Below are positions 19,125 to 28,874 of a stretch of 43,268 nucleotides of DNA, piece by piece. The DNA is from Verrucomicrobiota bacterium. Lineage in GTDB: Bacteria; Verrucomicrobiota; Verrucomicrobiia; Limisphaerales; UBA1096. A model generated the notes under the pieces. It made no database searches and was not told where the DNA came from. It worked only from the letters and a program-made list of their open reading frames with translations. Both the position numbers and the translations under genes were made by a program. Within the stretch, counting starts at the first letter, position 1. Each line of letters opens with the position of its first letter. The stretch covers positions 1 to 43,268 of the forward strand of contig JABGZB010000140.1 in the NCBI GenBank assembly GCA_018674955.1, written 5' to 3'.

Positions 19125-20525
19125 ATGAAACAACTAAAAATTTATCTTTATTTAATTTTATGCCTATTCTGTGGAGCTATCACTGAATCAAAAGCTGCCA
19201 AAACTGACAAGAACCAACCTAATATAATTTACATTATGGTGGACGATGCCGGGTACGGCGACTTTGGCTGCTACGGGCAAAAGCTATTTACCACGCCAAA
19301 CATCGACCGCATGGCGACCGAGGGAATGCGTTTCACGCAGCATTACTCTGGCAGTACAGTGTGCGCGCCAACCCGCTGTAGCATTATGAACGGCGTACAC
19401 ACTGGTCACGCCTACGTGCGCGGCAACCGCGAAGTGCAACCGGAAGGCCAGGCTCCGATCCCGGCAAACATGATCACCATCCCCAAGCTACTTAAAGAGG
19501 CCGGCTATGCCACCGGCATGTTTGGCAAGTGGGGACTCGGTGCGCCAGGGTCGAGCGGTGATCCCGTAAACCAGGGTTGGGACGAGTTTTTTGGCTACAA
19601 CTGCCAACGCCAAGCACACACGTTTTATCCCAAGCACCTCTGGCACAACGACAACAAGGTGATGCTCGACGGCAAAGCCTATTCGCACGACCTCATTCAA
19701 AAACAGGCACTGAAATTCATCCGCGATAACGCGAAGAAACCGTTCTTTGCCTACCTGCCGATCACCATCCCACACGCGGCCATGCAGTGCCCTGAGGAGG
19801 ATGTCGCTCCTTTCCGAAAAAAGTTTCCGCAATTCGAAGACAAAATAGGCAAGTACGGTCATGGCACAAAGGTGCGTAATCCGGTTGCTGCGTTTGCCGG
19901 CATGATGACCCGCATGGACCGTGGCGTCGGCCAAGTACTCGATCTATTGGATGAATTAAAAATCGCCGACAACACTCTCGTGTTGTTCTCCAGCGACAAC
20001 GGGCCGCACCATGAGGGCGGTCACCAACCAGGATTCTTCAATAGCAACGGGCCGCTGAAAGGCCATAAGCGTGACCTATACGAGGGCGGTATCCGCGTAC
20101 CGTTAATCGCTTATTGGCCCGGCAGGGTTAAAGCTGGTAGCGTGAACGATCACATTTGTGCTCACTGGGATTTGATGCCAACGTTTTGCGAACTTGCCAA
20201 AACATCAACCCCGGCACACACCGACGGTATCTCTTACGTCCCTGCCCTCACCGGTGGCAAACAGAAGAAACACGACTATCTATACTGGGAATTTCACTCA
20301 TACGGAAACGCACAAGCCATTCGTATGGGCGATTGGAAGGCGATTCGTTTGAAGGTCAAAAACAACCCTAACGCACCGATCCAGCTTTACAATCTCAAGC
20401 AGGACATCGGCGAAACCAAAAACATTGCTGCCGCGCATCCGAATGTGGTGAAGCGAATTGCCCCATTGTTCAAGGAGGCTCACGCCCCCTCAGAACGGTT
20501 CCCGTTGTTCGCGAAAAAGAGATAG
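19125..20525 (+). CDS. Sulfatase (Cys-type, arylsulfatase A / GalNAc-6-sulfatase-like)
   Basis: 466-aa ORF with a signal peptide. Motifs: PNIIYIMVDDAGYGDFGCYG, TVCAPTRCSIMNGVHTGH, SSDNGPHHEGG, LYNLKQDIGETKNIA. It is a close paralogue of 22152..23594. Confidence 0.93.
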   Translation: MKQLKIYLYLILCLFCGAITESKAAKTDKNQPNIIYIMVDDAGYGDFGCYGQKLFTTPNIDRMATEGMRFTQHYSGSTVCAPTRCSIMNGVHTGHAYVRGNREVQPEGQAPIPANMITIPKLLKEAGYATGMFGKWGLGAPGSSGDPVNQGWDEFFGYNCQRQAHTFYPKHLWHNDNKVMLDGKAYSHDLIQKQALKFIRDNAKKPFFAYLPITIPHAAMQCPEEDVAPFRKKFPQFEDKIGKYGHGTKVRNPVAAFAGMMTRMDRGVGQVLDLLDELKIADNTLVLFSSDNGPHHEGGHQPGFFNSNGPLKGHKRDLYEGGIRVPLIAYWPGRVKAGSVNDHICAHWDLMPTFCELAKTSTPAHTDGISYVPALTGGKQKKHDYLYWEFHSYGNAQAIRMGDWKAIRLKVKNNPNAPIQLYNLKQDIGETKNIAAAHPNVVKRIAPLFKEAHAPSERFPLFAKKR

Positions 20526-20583
20526 CGCTTGGCCAAAGCAAAAGGACAAGACCCTGAGACTTTCAACTACACCAAAAACAACG

Positions 20584-21990
20584 ATGAAAAAACTAGCCCT
20601 TATAGTGTCTGTAATCGCCTCCAGTGTATCAGTTTGTGCTGAAGCGGCCAAACAAGGATCGGACCGACCCAACATCGTTTTGATCATGGCCGATGATATG
20701 GGCTATGAAACCTTGTCGGTGAACGGCAGTGAATCCTATAAATCACCAAGTCTAGACAAGTTGGCCGCTCATGGCATTCGTTTCACTAACTGTTTCGCCA
20801 ACCCGATCTGCACCCCGTCGCGGGTGAAGATCATGACCGGGCTATACAACGTCCGTAACTACGTTGAGTTTGGCCATCTTGATCGCGGACAAACCACCTT
20901 TGCTCATCAGCTGAAGGCTGCTGGGTATAAAACCTGCATCGCAGGCAAGTGGCAGTTGGGCAAGGAGACGGACTCACCGCAACACTTCGGTTTTGAGCAG
21001 TCCTGCCTCTGGCAGCATACGCGTAGCGGGCGGTCCAAGGAGAATGGTAAGAATGTCGATCGGCGTTTCGTCAATCCTCTACTGGAGTTCAATGGTAAGG
21101 AAAAAGACTACGTCAACGGCGAATACGGGCCACAGGTCTGTACCGACTTTATCTGCGACTTCATCGACGAGAACAAGGAAAATCCATTTCTGGTTTATTA
21201 CCCAATGATACTCACGCACTGCCCCTTCGATCCGACGCCGGATTCCACCGACTGGGATCCGAAGCGACTTGGTTCCACCACCTACAAGGGCGATCGTAAC
21301 AACCCGCAGCGGCATTTCCGCGACATGGTCGCCTATGCCGACAAGGTCGTCGGGCAAATTGTGGCGCAACTTGAAAAATCCGGCGTCCGCGACAACACGC
21401 TGCTGATTTTCACGGGCGACAACGGCACTGACAAGCCGATCGTCACCTCATGGAACGGCACAAAGGTCGCCGGCGACAAGGGCAATATGACCGACGCAGG
21501 GACACGCGTGCCACTCATCGCCAGTTGGCCTGCCGGCATCAAGCAACCCGGGCGCGTCGACGACAACCTGGTCGAGTTCTGTGACGTAATGCCAACGCTC
21601 TGCGAAGTCACGGGTGCCAAGCTGCCTTCGAACTATCCGGGCGACGGCTCCAGCATCGTTCCTGTACTCCAGAACAATGCGAACGCCCGCAAGAAGGACT
21701 GGATTTATATCTGGTACTCGAGGTCAGGTCATTCAGACCAGGGACAGGTCATGGTTCGCAATAAGCAGTATTCCCTCCTGGCCAAAACCGACGGCAGCAA
21801 CGCCAGGTTGACTCGCTACAAAGGGCCTTTTGACGGCGAGAAACTTGAGGGCTCCACACTTTCGCAACCGGAGAGCGCCATCAAACAACAGTTCGAGGCC
21901 ACACTCGCACGACTCGCGAAGAGCCGCCTTTTAAGTGTCAGTAATGAGATCCGAGTCAAGATACAGAAGCCCAGGAGAAATAGGAAGTAG
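20584..21990 (+). CDS. Sulfatase (Cys-type)
   Basis: The track ORF starts at 20458, but that extension overlaps the previous gene and is Arg/Pro-rich. Met at 20584 gives the signal peptide MKKLALIVSVIASSVSVCAEA. Motifs: PNIVLIMADDMGY, ICTPSRVKIMTGLY, TGDNGT. Confidence 0.9.
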   Translation: MKKLALIVSVIASSVSVCAEAAKQGSDRPNIVLIMADDMGYETLSVNGSESYKSPSLDKLAAHGIRFTNCFANPICTPSRVKIMTGLYNVRNYVEFGHLDRGQTTFAHQLKAAGYKTCIAGKWQLGKETDSPQHFGFEQSCLWQHTRSGRSKENGKNVDRRFVNPLLEFNGKEKDYVNGEYGPQVCTDFICDFIDENKENPFLVYYPMILTHCPFDPTPDSTDWDPKRLGSTTYKGDRNNPQRHFRDMVAYADKVVGQIVAQLEKSGVRDNTLLIFTGDNGTDKPIVTSWNGTKVAGDKGNMTDAGTRVPLIASWPAGIKQPGRVDDNLVEFCDVMPTLCEVTGAKLPSNYPGDGSSIVPVLQNNANARKKDWIYIWYSRSGHSDQGQVMVRNKQYSLLAKTDGSNARLTRYKGPFDGEKLEGSTLSQPESAIKQQFEATLARLAKSRLLSVSNEIRVKIQKPRRNRK

Positions 21991-22151
21991 GCGTCTGTCC
22001 TTCCTTGCGCCAAACCTGTGGCCCAGACAGAGCGGTGGCACTGGCAAACGTTCCTGAATAACGAATAAGAACCATTAAGAAACCCATAACAACCATTCTG
22101 CACTCAGTAGTAAGTAGGGCTACTGCCTGCAGTTAACCGAAAGGCATTTAC

Positions 22152-23594
22152 ATGACGAATAGATTCCATCTCCTTGCACTGTGCGCGTTTCTTCTGAACG
22201 TGCTCCCGGCCTCCGCGTCTCCCGAAATCGCGGGAACGGAGAGCTCGCGGCCCAACATCGTTTACATCATGGCCGATGACCTTGGCTATGGCGACCTGGG
22301 TTGCTACGGACAAAAACTCATCCAAACGCCGCACATCGACCGCTTGGCCAAACGCGGCATGCGGTTTACCGATTTTTATGCCGGCTCAACCGTGTGCGCC
22401 CCATCGCGGTGCGTGCTGATGACCGGCCTGCACACCGGCCACTGCTACATCCGCGGCAACGGCAAGGACAACCTGAGACCGGAAGACATGACCGTTGCGG
22501 AGGTGCTCAAGCGTGCCGATTACGCGACCGGGCAGATCGGCAAATGGGGCCTTGGCCACGAAGGCACGACCGGCCTGCCAACCCGGCAGGGTTTTGACTT
22601 TTTTTACGGCTACCTAGACCAGCACCAAGCTCATCTTTACTACCCAACCTTCCTCGTGAAAAACGAGAAGCGGGTCAAGCTGCGCAACATCGTCCCCGAC
22701 GAGGGTAAATGGGGCCAGGGTGTGGCTAGTAAAAAGATTGATTACAGCCCTGCATTGATGATGAAGGAAACGCTTGGCTTTATCGACTCTCACAAGGACG
22801 AGCGTTTTTTTCTGTATCTATCCTACACGCTACCTCACGCCAATAACGAAGCCACTCGCAAAACCGGCGACGGCACGGCGGTGCCGGATCACGGCATTTA
22901 CAAGGACAAGAAATGGACGAAGCAAAACAAGGGACAGGCCGCGATGGTCACGTACCTCGACCAAATGGTGGGACAAGTGGTCAAGCGACTCGATGATCAC
23001 GGGCTGAGCAAAAACACGATCATTTTTTTTACATCCGACAACGGCCCGCACAGTGAGGGCGGAAATGATGTCAACTTCTTCGACGCGAACGGCCCTGTGA
23101 GCGGCATCAAGCGCGCCATGTACGACGGCGGCATCCGCGTGCCGATGATCGTCCAGTGGCCCGGCCACGTGAAGGCCGGCAGCACGACCGCTCTCATGGC
23201 CGGCGCAGTCGATTTCATGGCTACCGCCGCAGAGATTGCCGGCCTGAAACTGAACACGCCCACCGATGGCATCAGTTTTCTGCCCACACTACTTGGCAAG
23301 GATGAGCAACAGAAAAAACATGACTACCTCTACTGGGAATTCTATGAGCAAGGCTCCAAGCAGGCCCTGCGCGCCGGCAAATGGAAAGCCGTCCGCCGTC
23401 CGATGATCACCGGCCCCATTGAGCTTTACGACTTGTCGGAGGACATCGCCGAGAAAAACGACCTGGCCAAGCGCTACCCGGAAATCGTCTCAAGCTTCGA
23501 CCTGAAGTTCACCGAGGCGCATGCCCCAAACAAGCGCTGGCGCTCAAGCGGCAAAGCGCGCGAGGCCAAACGCGAACGCTCTGAGGACCGGTAG
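22152..23594 (+). CDS. Sulfatase (Cys-type, arylsulfatase A / GalNAc-6-sulfatase-like)
   Basis: 480-aa ORF with a signal peptide. Motifs: PNIVYIMADDLGYGDLGCYG, TVCAPSRCVLMTGLHTGH, TSDNGPHSEGG, ELYDLSEDIAEKNDLA. Confidence 0.93.
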   Translation: MTNRFHLLALCAFLLNVLPASASPEIAGTESSRPNIVYIMADDLGYGDLGCYGQKLIQTPHIDRLAKRGMRFTDFYAGSTVCAPSRCVLMTGLHTGHCYIRGNGKDNLRPEDMTVAEVLKRADYATGQIGKWGLGHEGTTGLPTRQGFDFFYGYLDQHQAHLYYPTFLVKNEKRVKLRNIVPDEGKWGQGVASKKIDYSPALMMKETLGFIDSHKDERFFLYLSYTLPHANNEATRKTGDGTAVPDHGIYKDKKWTKQNKGQAAMVTYLDQMVGQVVKRLDDHGLSKNTIIFFTSDNGPHSEGGNDVNFFDANGPVSGIKRAMYDGGIRVPMIVQWPGHVKAGSTTALMAGAVDFMATAAEIAGLKLNTPTDGISFLPTLLGKDEQQKKHDYLYWEFYEQGSKQALRAGKWKAVRRPMITGPIELYDLSEDIAEKNDLAKRYPEIVSSFDLKFTEAHAPNKRWRSSGKAREAKRERSEDR

Positions 23595-23618
23595 TTGCAA
23601 TTAAACACAACCTATCAC

Positions 23619-25016
23619 TCAACCCCGCTTGGCCAAGGCCTTGCGGATCGCGTTGGCCTCAGCAGCGGCATCAAAGTCCGGATTCGCTTTCGTCGGCACC
23701 GGCGCCGCGATTTCTTTCCGCCAGGCGGCGAGTAGATTGTGCAACTCCTTCACTTTCGACGGGTTAGCCTTGGCCAAGTTTCGCCGCTCACCGATGTCGT
23801 CTTTCAGGTTGTACAACTCGAGTGCGCCATCCTCGAAATACTCGTGCAGCTTCCAGTCACCCAGGCGCACGGCGCTGCATGGTCTCGTGCGGAACAACGG
23901 GTCACGCTGCTCCCCGGTCACCTTGTACGCCTGAAGGTACGCCGGGAAATGCCAAAACAACGGCCTCGGCCCAACGCTCTTCGCCTCACCTCTGATCAAC
24001 GGCAGGATGCTTCGTCCGTCCATCGGCTGATCCGGGCGCTTGGCCTTGGCCAAGTCGAGAAACGTCGGGTAAATATCGACTCCGATAATCGGTTCGGCGG
24101 TGGACTGCCCCGCCTTCACCGTGTCTGGCCAGTTCACGAAGAACGGCACCCGGATGCCGCCTTCGTAGTAGTTGCCCTTGTAACCCCAGAGCGGCGCCAT
24201 GTCTGTCGCCGGCCCGTAGCCGCCGTTGTCGGAGAAAAAGAAAATCACCGTGTTGTCGCGCTGCCCAAGTTTATCGAGCTTAGCAATGATTTTGCCGACT
24301 CCCTCGTCCACCGACTGGATCATCGCCGCCATCGTCGCGTGCTGGTGCAACTTGCCCGGGCGCTTGGCCTCGTACTTGGTGATGATCTTCCGTTTGGCCT
24401 GAATCGGCGTATGCACAGCGTAATGCGCGAGGTACGCGCACCACGGTTTCGTTTTGCTGCCCTCGATGAACTCGATGGTTTTTTCCGTGAGTACGTCGGC
24501 GAGATACTGCCCGTTCGGACCAAAGTGACCCCGAAAACCGGGCAGCTTGGTGTGATCCACCTCCACGTCGAACCCCTGCTCCCCCGGTGTTGTGCCGAGA
24601 TGCCACTTGCCAAACATGCCTGTGCGATAGCCGGCCTGCTGCAACGACTCCGCCCACGTGACGATGCCCGGCCGGAGCGTCCTCGTCCCGGCGATGTGCT
24701 CCAACCGACGATGCTTGGCTAAACCCCGGGGCTTGGTGCCAACGTTGAAAATCTCATGGCGCGGCGTGTATTGCCCCGACAACAAGCAGGCCCGGGCCGG
24801 TGCACAGTTGGCCGAGCAGGAATAAGCATCGGTAAAAACCATCCCGCCCTTGGCCAAGCGATCAATGTTCGGCGTCTCGTAAAAGTCCGACCCCATGTAG
24901 CCGGTGTCCCGCCAGCCGAAGTCGTCGAGGAAAATGAACAAAATATTCGGCCGCTGCTCCGCTTGGGCAGCCAAGCCAAGCGCCAGCACTGTAATCGTCA
25001 GAAGTCGTTTTCTCAT
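23619..25016 (-). CDS. Sulfatase (Cys-type)
   Basis: 465-aa ORF with a signal peptide. Motifs: PNILFIFLDDFGW, NCAPARACLLSGQYTP, FSDNGG, ELYNLKDDIGERRNLA. Its start is 2 nt downstream of the stop of the upstream minus-strand sulfatase. Confidence 0.93.
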   Translation of the reverse strand: MRKRLLTITVLALGLAAQAEQRPNILFIFLDDFGWRDTGYMGSDFYETPNIDRLAKGGMVFTDAYSCSANCAPARACLLSGQYTPRHEIFNVGTKPRGLAKHRRLEHIAGTRTLRPGIVTWAESLQQAGYRTGMFGKWHLGTTPGEQGFDVEVDHTKLPGFRGHFGPNGQYLADVLTEKTIEFIEGSKTKPWCAYLAHYAVHTPIQAKRKIITKYEAKRPGKLHQHATMAAMIQSVDEGVGKIIAKLDKLGQRDNTVIFFFSDNGGYGPATDMAPLWGYKGNYYEGGIRVPFFVNWPDTVKAGQSTAEPIIGVDIYPTFLDLAKAKRPDQPMDGRSILPLIRGEAKSVGPRPLFWHFPAYLQAYKVTGEQRDPLFRTRPCSAVRLGDWKLHEYFEDGALELYNLKDDIGERRNLAKANPSKVKELHNLLAAWRKEIAAPVPTKANPDFDAAAEANAIRKALAKRG

Positions 25017-25018
25017 GG

Positions 25019-26569
25019 TTAATTATTCTTGGGGCGCAGCATCCTTGCGTCCACATCTTTTCGCCACTCACGCAGTTTTGCCAGTAACTTCGCTGCCTTC
25101 TTCGGCCGGACTCGTGCCAGGTCGTTTTGCTCGCCGATATCTTCCTTAAGGTTGAAAAGTTGCACGGTATTGTTCTCGAAGTACTCCAAAAGCTTGTAGT
25201 CGCCTTCGCGGATTGCGCCGCCGGGGCTTTGCATGCCATGATTGCTGTAATGGGGGAAATGCCAGTAGATCGGGCCTCGCTCGAACGACTTGCCCTGCAG
25301 GGCAGGGGCGAAACTCTTCCCGTCCTTGTGCTGAGCGGGCTTTGCGGGCAAACCGACCATTTTCAGTATGCTTGGATAAAAGTCCGGGCTAATGACCGGC
25401 TCCTCGCAAATCACCCCTGCCCTGCCCTTGCCGGGCCACTTCACGATCATGGGCACGCGAATGCCACCCTCGTACAACCAGCCCTTGGCCCCTCGGAGAG
25501 GCAGGTTGGAGGTCGCGTAGGCCCGATCGAGTTGATTCTGCTGAACGACCCGAGTGGGGTTCCCGAAATTCCCTGCCGACATCCCTCCGTTGTCGGAGTA
25601 AAAGATGACGATGGTGTTGTCCGTCTGGCCCATTTCGTCGAGCTTTTCCAGCACGCGACCCAAGCTCTCATCCACCGACTCCACCATGGCCGCGAACTCG
25701 ACGTTGTCCTGGCGCTGCTTGATCTTGATCGTGCGCTGCGGCAGCACCTTGTGACCTTGATGCGAAGACTTGCCCAAAAGATCCGTCAATTTCCCGCGCG
25801 ACAGCGGGGCCTTGTCGTCCGGGTTGCCCTCGAGGATGAAAGGCGGCCCCTCAAGTGGCGGTAATGTCGCCAGCTTGACGCGATACTTGTCGACCAAGTC
25901 CTTGCGCCCTTGGATCGGGTCATGGACCGAGAAGTGGGAGAGATAGAGGAAAAAAGGCTTATCCTTGCTCTGCCCCATGAAATCCAGTGCCATGGAAGTC
26001 AGGCGATCGGTAAGGTACTCGTCCTTCTTGCCCTTGAACTTCAGACCCTCCATCCTGTAAGGCGGGTGGTATCCTCCCTTCGGGCAGCACCCGTTCCACT
26101 TTGGGACTTGAACGTCAAACCCCTGATTCAGCGGCCCCTCCCCGGCATTGCCAAGATGCCATTTACCAAAGATTCCCGTACGGTAGCCCTTTGACTTGAG
26201 GGCTTCCGCCAAGGTGGTCTCCTCCAAAGGCAAAGCCTGAAGTTTCTCGGCGCTGAGGAAACGCTGGAAATCAAATTCCCGGCGGCCCGAGAGCCAATCG
26301 GTAAGGCCCAGTCGACCCGGGTACTTGCCGGTCATGATGCTTGCTCGCGTGGGCGAACAGACGTGGCAGGCCGCGTAGGCGTTCGTAAAGCGAACCCCCT
26401 GCTTGGCGAAACGATCAATGTTCGGCGTCTCGTAGAAGGAACTGCCAAAACAGGCGACGTCCCGCCAGCCCATGTCATCGACCAGAAATAGGACTACATT
26501 GGGATGCCCCGCCGTGCTTGACTGCGCCAAACCAAGCGTAAAACAAAAGGCAGTTGAAAACAGTCTCAT
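25019..26569 (-). CDS. Sulfatase (Cys-type)
   Basis: The track ORF extends to 26884, but that part overlaps the 3' end of the neighbouring sulfatase. Met at 26569 gives the signal peptide MRLFSTAFCFTLGLAQSSTAG. Motifs: PNVVLFLVDDMGW, CHVCSPTRASIMTGKYP, YSDNGG, QLFNLKEDIGEQNDLA. Confidence 0.9.
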   Translation of the reverse strand: MRLFSTAFCFTLGLAQSSTAGHPNVVLFLVDDMGWRDVACFGSSFYETPNIDRFAKQGVRFTNAYAACHVCSPTRASIMTGKYPGRLGLTDWLSGRREFDFQRFLSAEKLQALPLEETTLAEALKSKGYRTGIFGKWHLGNAGEGPLNQGFDVQVPKWNGCCPKGGYHPPYRMEGLKFKGKKDEYLTDRLTSMALDFMGQSKDKPFFLYLSHFSVHDPIQGRKDLVDKYRVKLATLPPLEGPPFILEGNPDDKAPLSRGKLTDLLGKSSHQGHKVLPQRTIKIKQRQDNVEFAAMVESVDESLGRVLEKLDEMGQTDNTIVIFYSDNGGMSAGNFGNPTRVVQQNQLDRAYATSNLPLRGAKGWLYEGGIRVPMIVKWPGKGRAGVICEEPVISPDFYPSILKMVGLPAKPAQHKDGKSFAPALQGKSFERGPIYWHFPHYSNHGMQSPGGAIREGDYKLLEYFENNTVQLFNLKEDIGEQNDLARVRPKKAAKLLAKLREWRKDVDARMLRPKNN

Positions 26570-26624
26570 CACGGAAGCCGAAATAATGCCAAAACCCCAA
26601 ACCGGTGGCAATCCCACAGGCAAG

Positions 26625-28112
26625 TCAACGGCGTGAGCGAGTCTTCGGAGAAGGATGCTTGGACAGGATAGTTTTAAGTCGTTTTGCGATCTTTGGCCTG
26701 TCGGCATATTGGTTTTGGGTTTCCCACGGGTCGGCCTTGTAGTCGTACAACTCGTAATCGACTCCCGCGTTCGGGTCACTGTGGTTCTTCCACTCGACCA
26801 GCCTGTAACGCTGCGTGCGGATAGCACGCCCCAGCTTTTTCCCGCGCGGGTAGGCGTGAAAGGCGTGGTCGCGAACGCGCGCATTCGGGTTCTTCAACAC
26901 CGGCACAAGGCTGACGCCGTCAATCGGCTGCGGGCCACTCGGCGCGGGCAGGCCGGCCAACTCGGCCAGCGTTGGGTAAAGGTCGACCGTCTCAGCGAGT
27001 TGCTCGGTCGCACTGCCCGGCTTGGCCAAGCCCGGCGCGATGACGATGATTGGGATGCGGTTGGCCTGCTCGAAGTTGGTGTGCTTGGTCCAGATGCCCA
27101 GGTCGCCCAGGTGCCAGCCGTGGTCGCCCCACAAAACGAGGATCGTGTTGTCCGCCAAGCCGAGTTCGCCAAGCGCTTGGGTCACTTTACCAATCTGCGC
27201 ATCCACATAGCTGGTGCTCGCATAGTAACCGTGAATGAGCTTGCGGGTGAGTTCTTCATCAATCTCACCATTGGACGGGACCGGCTTGAATGCCGCGATC
27301 TCGCCGCCGCGCTTGAGGGCGACTTTCGGCGCATCTTTCGGGAACGCCTTGTTGACTGGCATCGGCAGCTTGGCCGAGGCGTGCATGTCCCAATATTTCT
27401 TTGGCGCTGAGAAAGGCAGGTGCGGTCGCACAAAACCGGCAGTGATGAAGAACGGCGTGCCGCTGTTGGCCAAGCGCTGCTTGGCGGCCTTGAGGCGCTT
27501 GACAATCTCGCCGGCGACGCGGCCGTCGGCATAGTCAGCGTCGTTTGCCATCGGCGACTCATACGCCGCGCCACGAGGCAGCGAACGGATTTGCCCAAGC
27601 TTTTGGTTTGTGAACAGCGCCTCCTCGCGGGTGAGCTTGCCGCCGTCGGTACTCTCAGGATCGAGGTACTCGATCACCTTGTCATGAAAATGCGGGACAC
27701 TAAACGACTCGGGATCACCCTGGTTGCCGTGGCCAATGTGGAACACTTTGCCAAGCGATTCGGTGCGGTAACCGTGTTTGGCGAAATACTGAGGCATCGT
27801 GACGGCACCAGGCCAGGCTTTGCGCAAATGGCTGCCAAGCCCGTACAGGCCGGTTGATGTCGAATGCGCCCCGAGCATCAGCGTAAACCGCGACGGCGCA
27901 CAGACCGCCTGGTTGCAGTACGCCATGTCGAACCGCATGCCGCGCCTAGCCAAGGCGTCCATGTTTGGGGTTATAGCCGCATTATCGCCGTAGCACCCCA
28001 TCGCCGGTTTCAAGTCGTCGACGAGGATCAATAGTACGTTCGGCTTCTGTGCCGCCTGGACTGCGGCAAAACCAAGCGCAGTGACCAGTTCCAAAATCAA
28101 AATCCGGTTCAT
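26625..28112 (-). CDS. Sulfatase (Cys-type, iduronate-2-sulfatase-like)
   Basis: 495-aa ORF with a signal peptide. Motifs: PNVLLILVDDLKP, AVCAPSRFTLMLGAHS, GFVRPHLPF, WGDHGWHLGD. Confidence 0.92.
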   Translation of the reverse strand: MNRILILELVTALGFAAVQAAQKPNVLLILVDDLKPAMGCYGDNAAITPNMDALARRGMRFDMAYCNQAVCAPSRFTLMLGAHSTSTGLYGLGSHLRKAWPGAVTMPQYFAKHGYRTESLGKVFHIGHGNQGDPESFSVPHFHDKVIEYLDPESTDGGKLTREEALFTNQKLGQIRSLPRGAAYESPMANDADYADGRVAGEIVKRLKAAKQRLANSGTPFFITAGFVRPHLPFSAPKKYWDMHASAKLPMPVNKAFPKDAPKVALKRGGEIAAFKPVPSNGEIDEELTRKLIHGYYASTSYVDAQIGKVTQALGELGLADNTILVLWGDHGWHLGDLGIWTKHTNFEQANRIPIIVIAPGLAKPGSATEQLAETVDLYPTLAELAGLPAPSGPQPIDGVSLVPVLKNPNARVRDHAFHAYPRGKKLGRAIRTQRYRLVEWKNHSDPNAGVDYELYDYKADPWETQNQYADRPKIAKRLKTILSKHPSPKTRSRR

Positions 28113-28208
28113 TTCTACTTTTCGCTATGAGACCAACAATCGGTTGTCGCGCGGGTATGCTCTTGATAGCTTGCCCCTTTCAACCGACGCAGAGAACTGG
28201 GATAGTCA

Positions 28209-28874
28209 ATGGAAGTCACAGAAGCAATTCGAAACCGTAAATCCGCCCGGGCGTTTCTCGATAAGGCGGTTCCGGACGAGGTCGTCACCGAGATATTGGA
28301 ATGCGCCCGGTGGGCACCGTCTGGAGCCAACACCCAGCCGTGGTATGTGGCTGTGCTTACCGGCGAAACCAAGCGGCGACTCGGCGACGCCATGGCCAAG
28401 CGGCGTACCAGCGGCGAAAAACCCCGCCCGGATTACAATTACTACCCGACGAAAAGCGAGGAGCCGTACATCTCACGCAAACACGCCTGCGCCCACGCCC
28501 TCTACTCCGCGCTGGGAATCGAGCGCAAAGACATAGAGCAGCGCAAGATGCAGTGGATAAAGAATTACCACCACTTCGGCGCGCCAGTTGCCCTGCTTTT
28601 TTTCATCGATACGATTCTCGAGAAAGGCTCGTGGGTGGACACCGGGATGTTCGTCCAAAACGTCATGCTCGCCGCTCGCGGCCATGGACTCGAGACCTGC
28701 CCGCAAGCCGCCCTCGCCGAGTACCCCGATGTCGCCCGGGATCTGCTGAACATTCCCAAAAGCAAAAAACTTATTTGCGGCGTGGCGCTTGGCTATGCGG
28801 ACTACGACGATCCGTCATACCAATACCGCACCGACCGCGAGCCAGTCGAGAGCTTCACCCAATGGTATCGCTAA
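28209..28874 (+). CDS. Nitroreductase family protein (FMN-dependent, cytoplasmic type)
   Basis: 221-aa ORF with no signal peptide. The N-terminus AIRNRKSARAFLDKAVPDEVVTEILECARWAPSGANTQPWYVAVL is the classic nitroreductase-fold N-terminal signature. Confidence 0.85.
   Translation: MEVTEAIRNRKSARAFLDKAVPDEVVTEILECARWAPSGANTQPWYVAVLTGETKRRLGDAMAKRRTSGEKPRPDYNYYPTKSEEPYISRKHACAHALYSALGIERKDIEQRKMQWIKNYHHFGAPVALLFFIDTILEKGSWVDTGMFVQNVMLAARGHGLETCPQAALAEYPDVARDLLNIPKSKKLICGVALGYADYDDPSYQYRTDREPVESFTQWYR

Noticed and set aside
23739-24722. Long antisense or overlapping ORFs inside GC-rich genes, for example 23739..24722, 25127..25864, 26655..27410, 30694..31359, 31940..32608, 36265..36900 and 7403..8155.
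   Set aside because: They are shadow ORFs opposite to or out of frame with genes that carry unmistakable family motifs. Their translations are low-complexity R/A/G/P-rich with no recognisable domains.
26570-26884. Upstream in-frame extension of sulfatase 25019..26569, and the similar extensions at 20458..20583, 34594..34656, 4840..4878 and 41265..41324.
   Set aside because: The extensions overlap the neighbouring gene or lack signal-peptide character. In each case an internal Met is followed immediately by a canonical signal peptide and the conserved PNI(V/L)...DD block at the usual distance.
28301-28861. A 187-codon N-terminal extension of the dehydrogenase/cytochrome c ORF that overlaps the nitroreductase in another frame.
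   Set aside because: The translation is Arg/Pro/Ala-rich off-frame sequence typical of GC-rich DNA. The nitroreductase frame has clear family motifs, and ATG 28862 gives a proper signal peptide.
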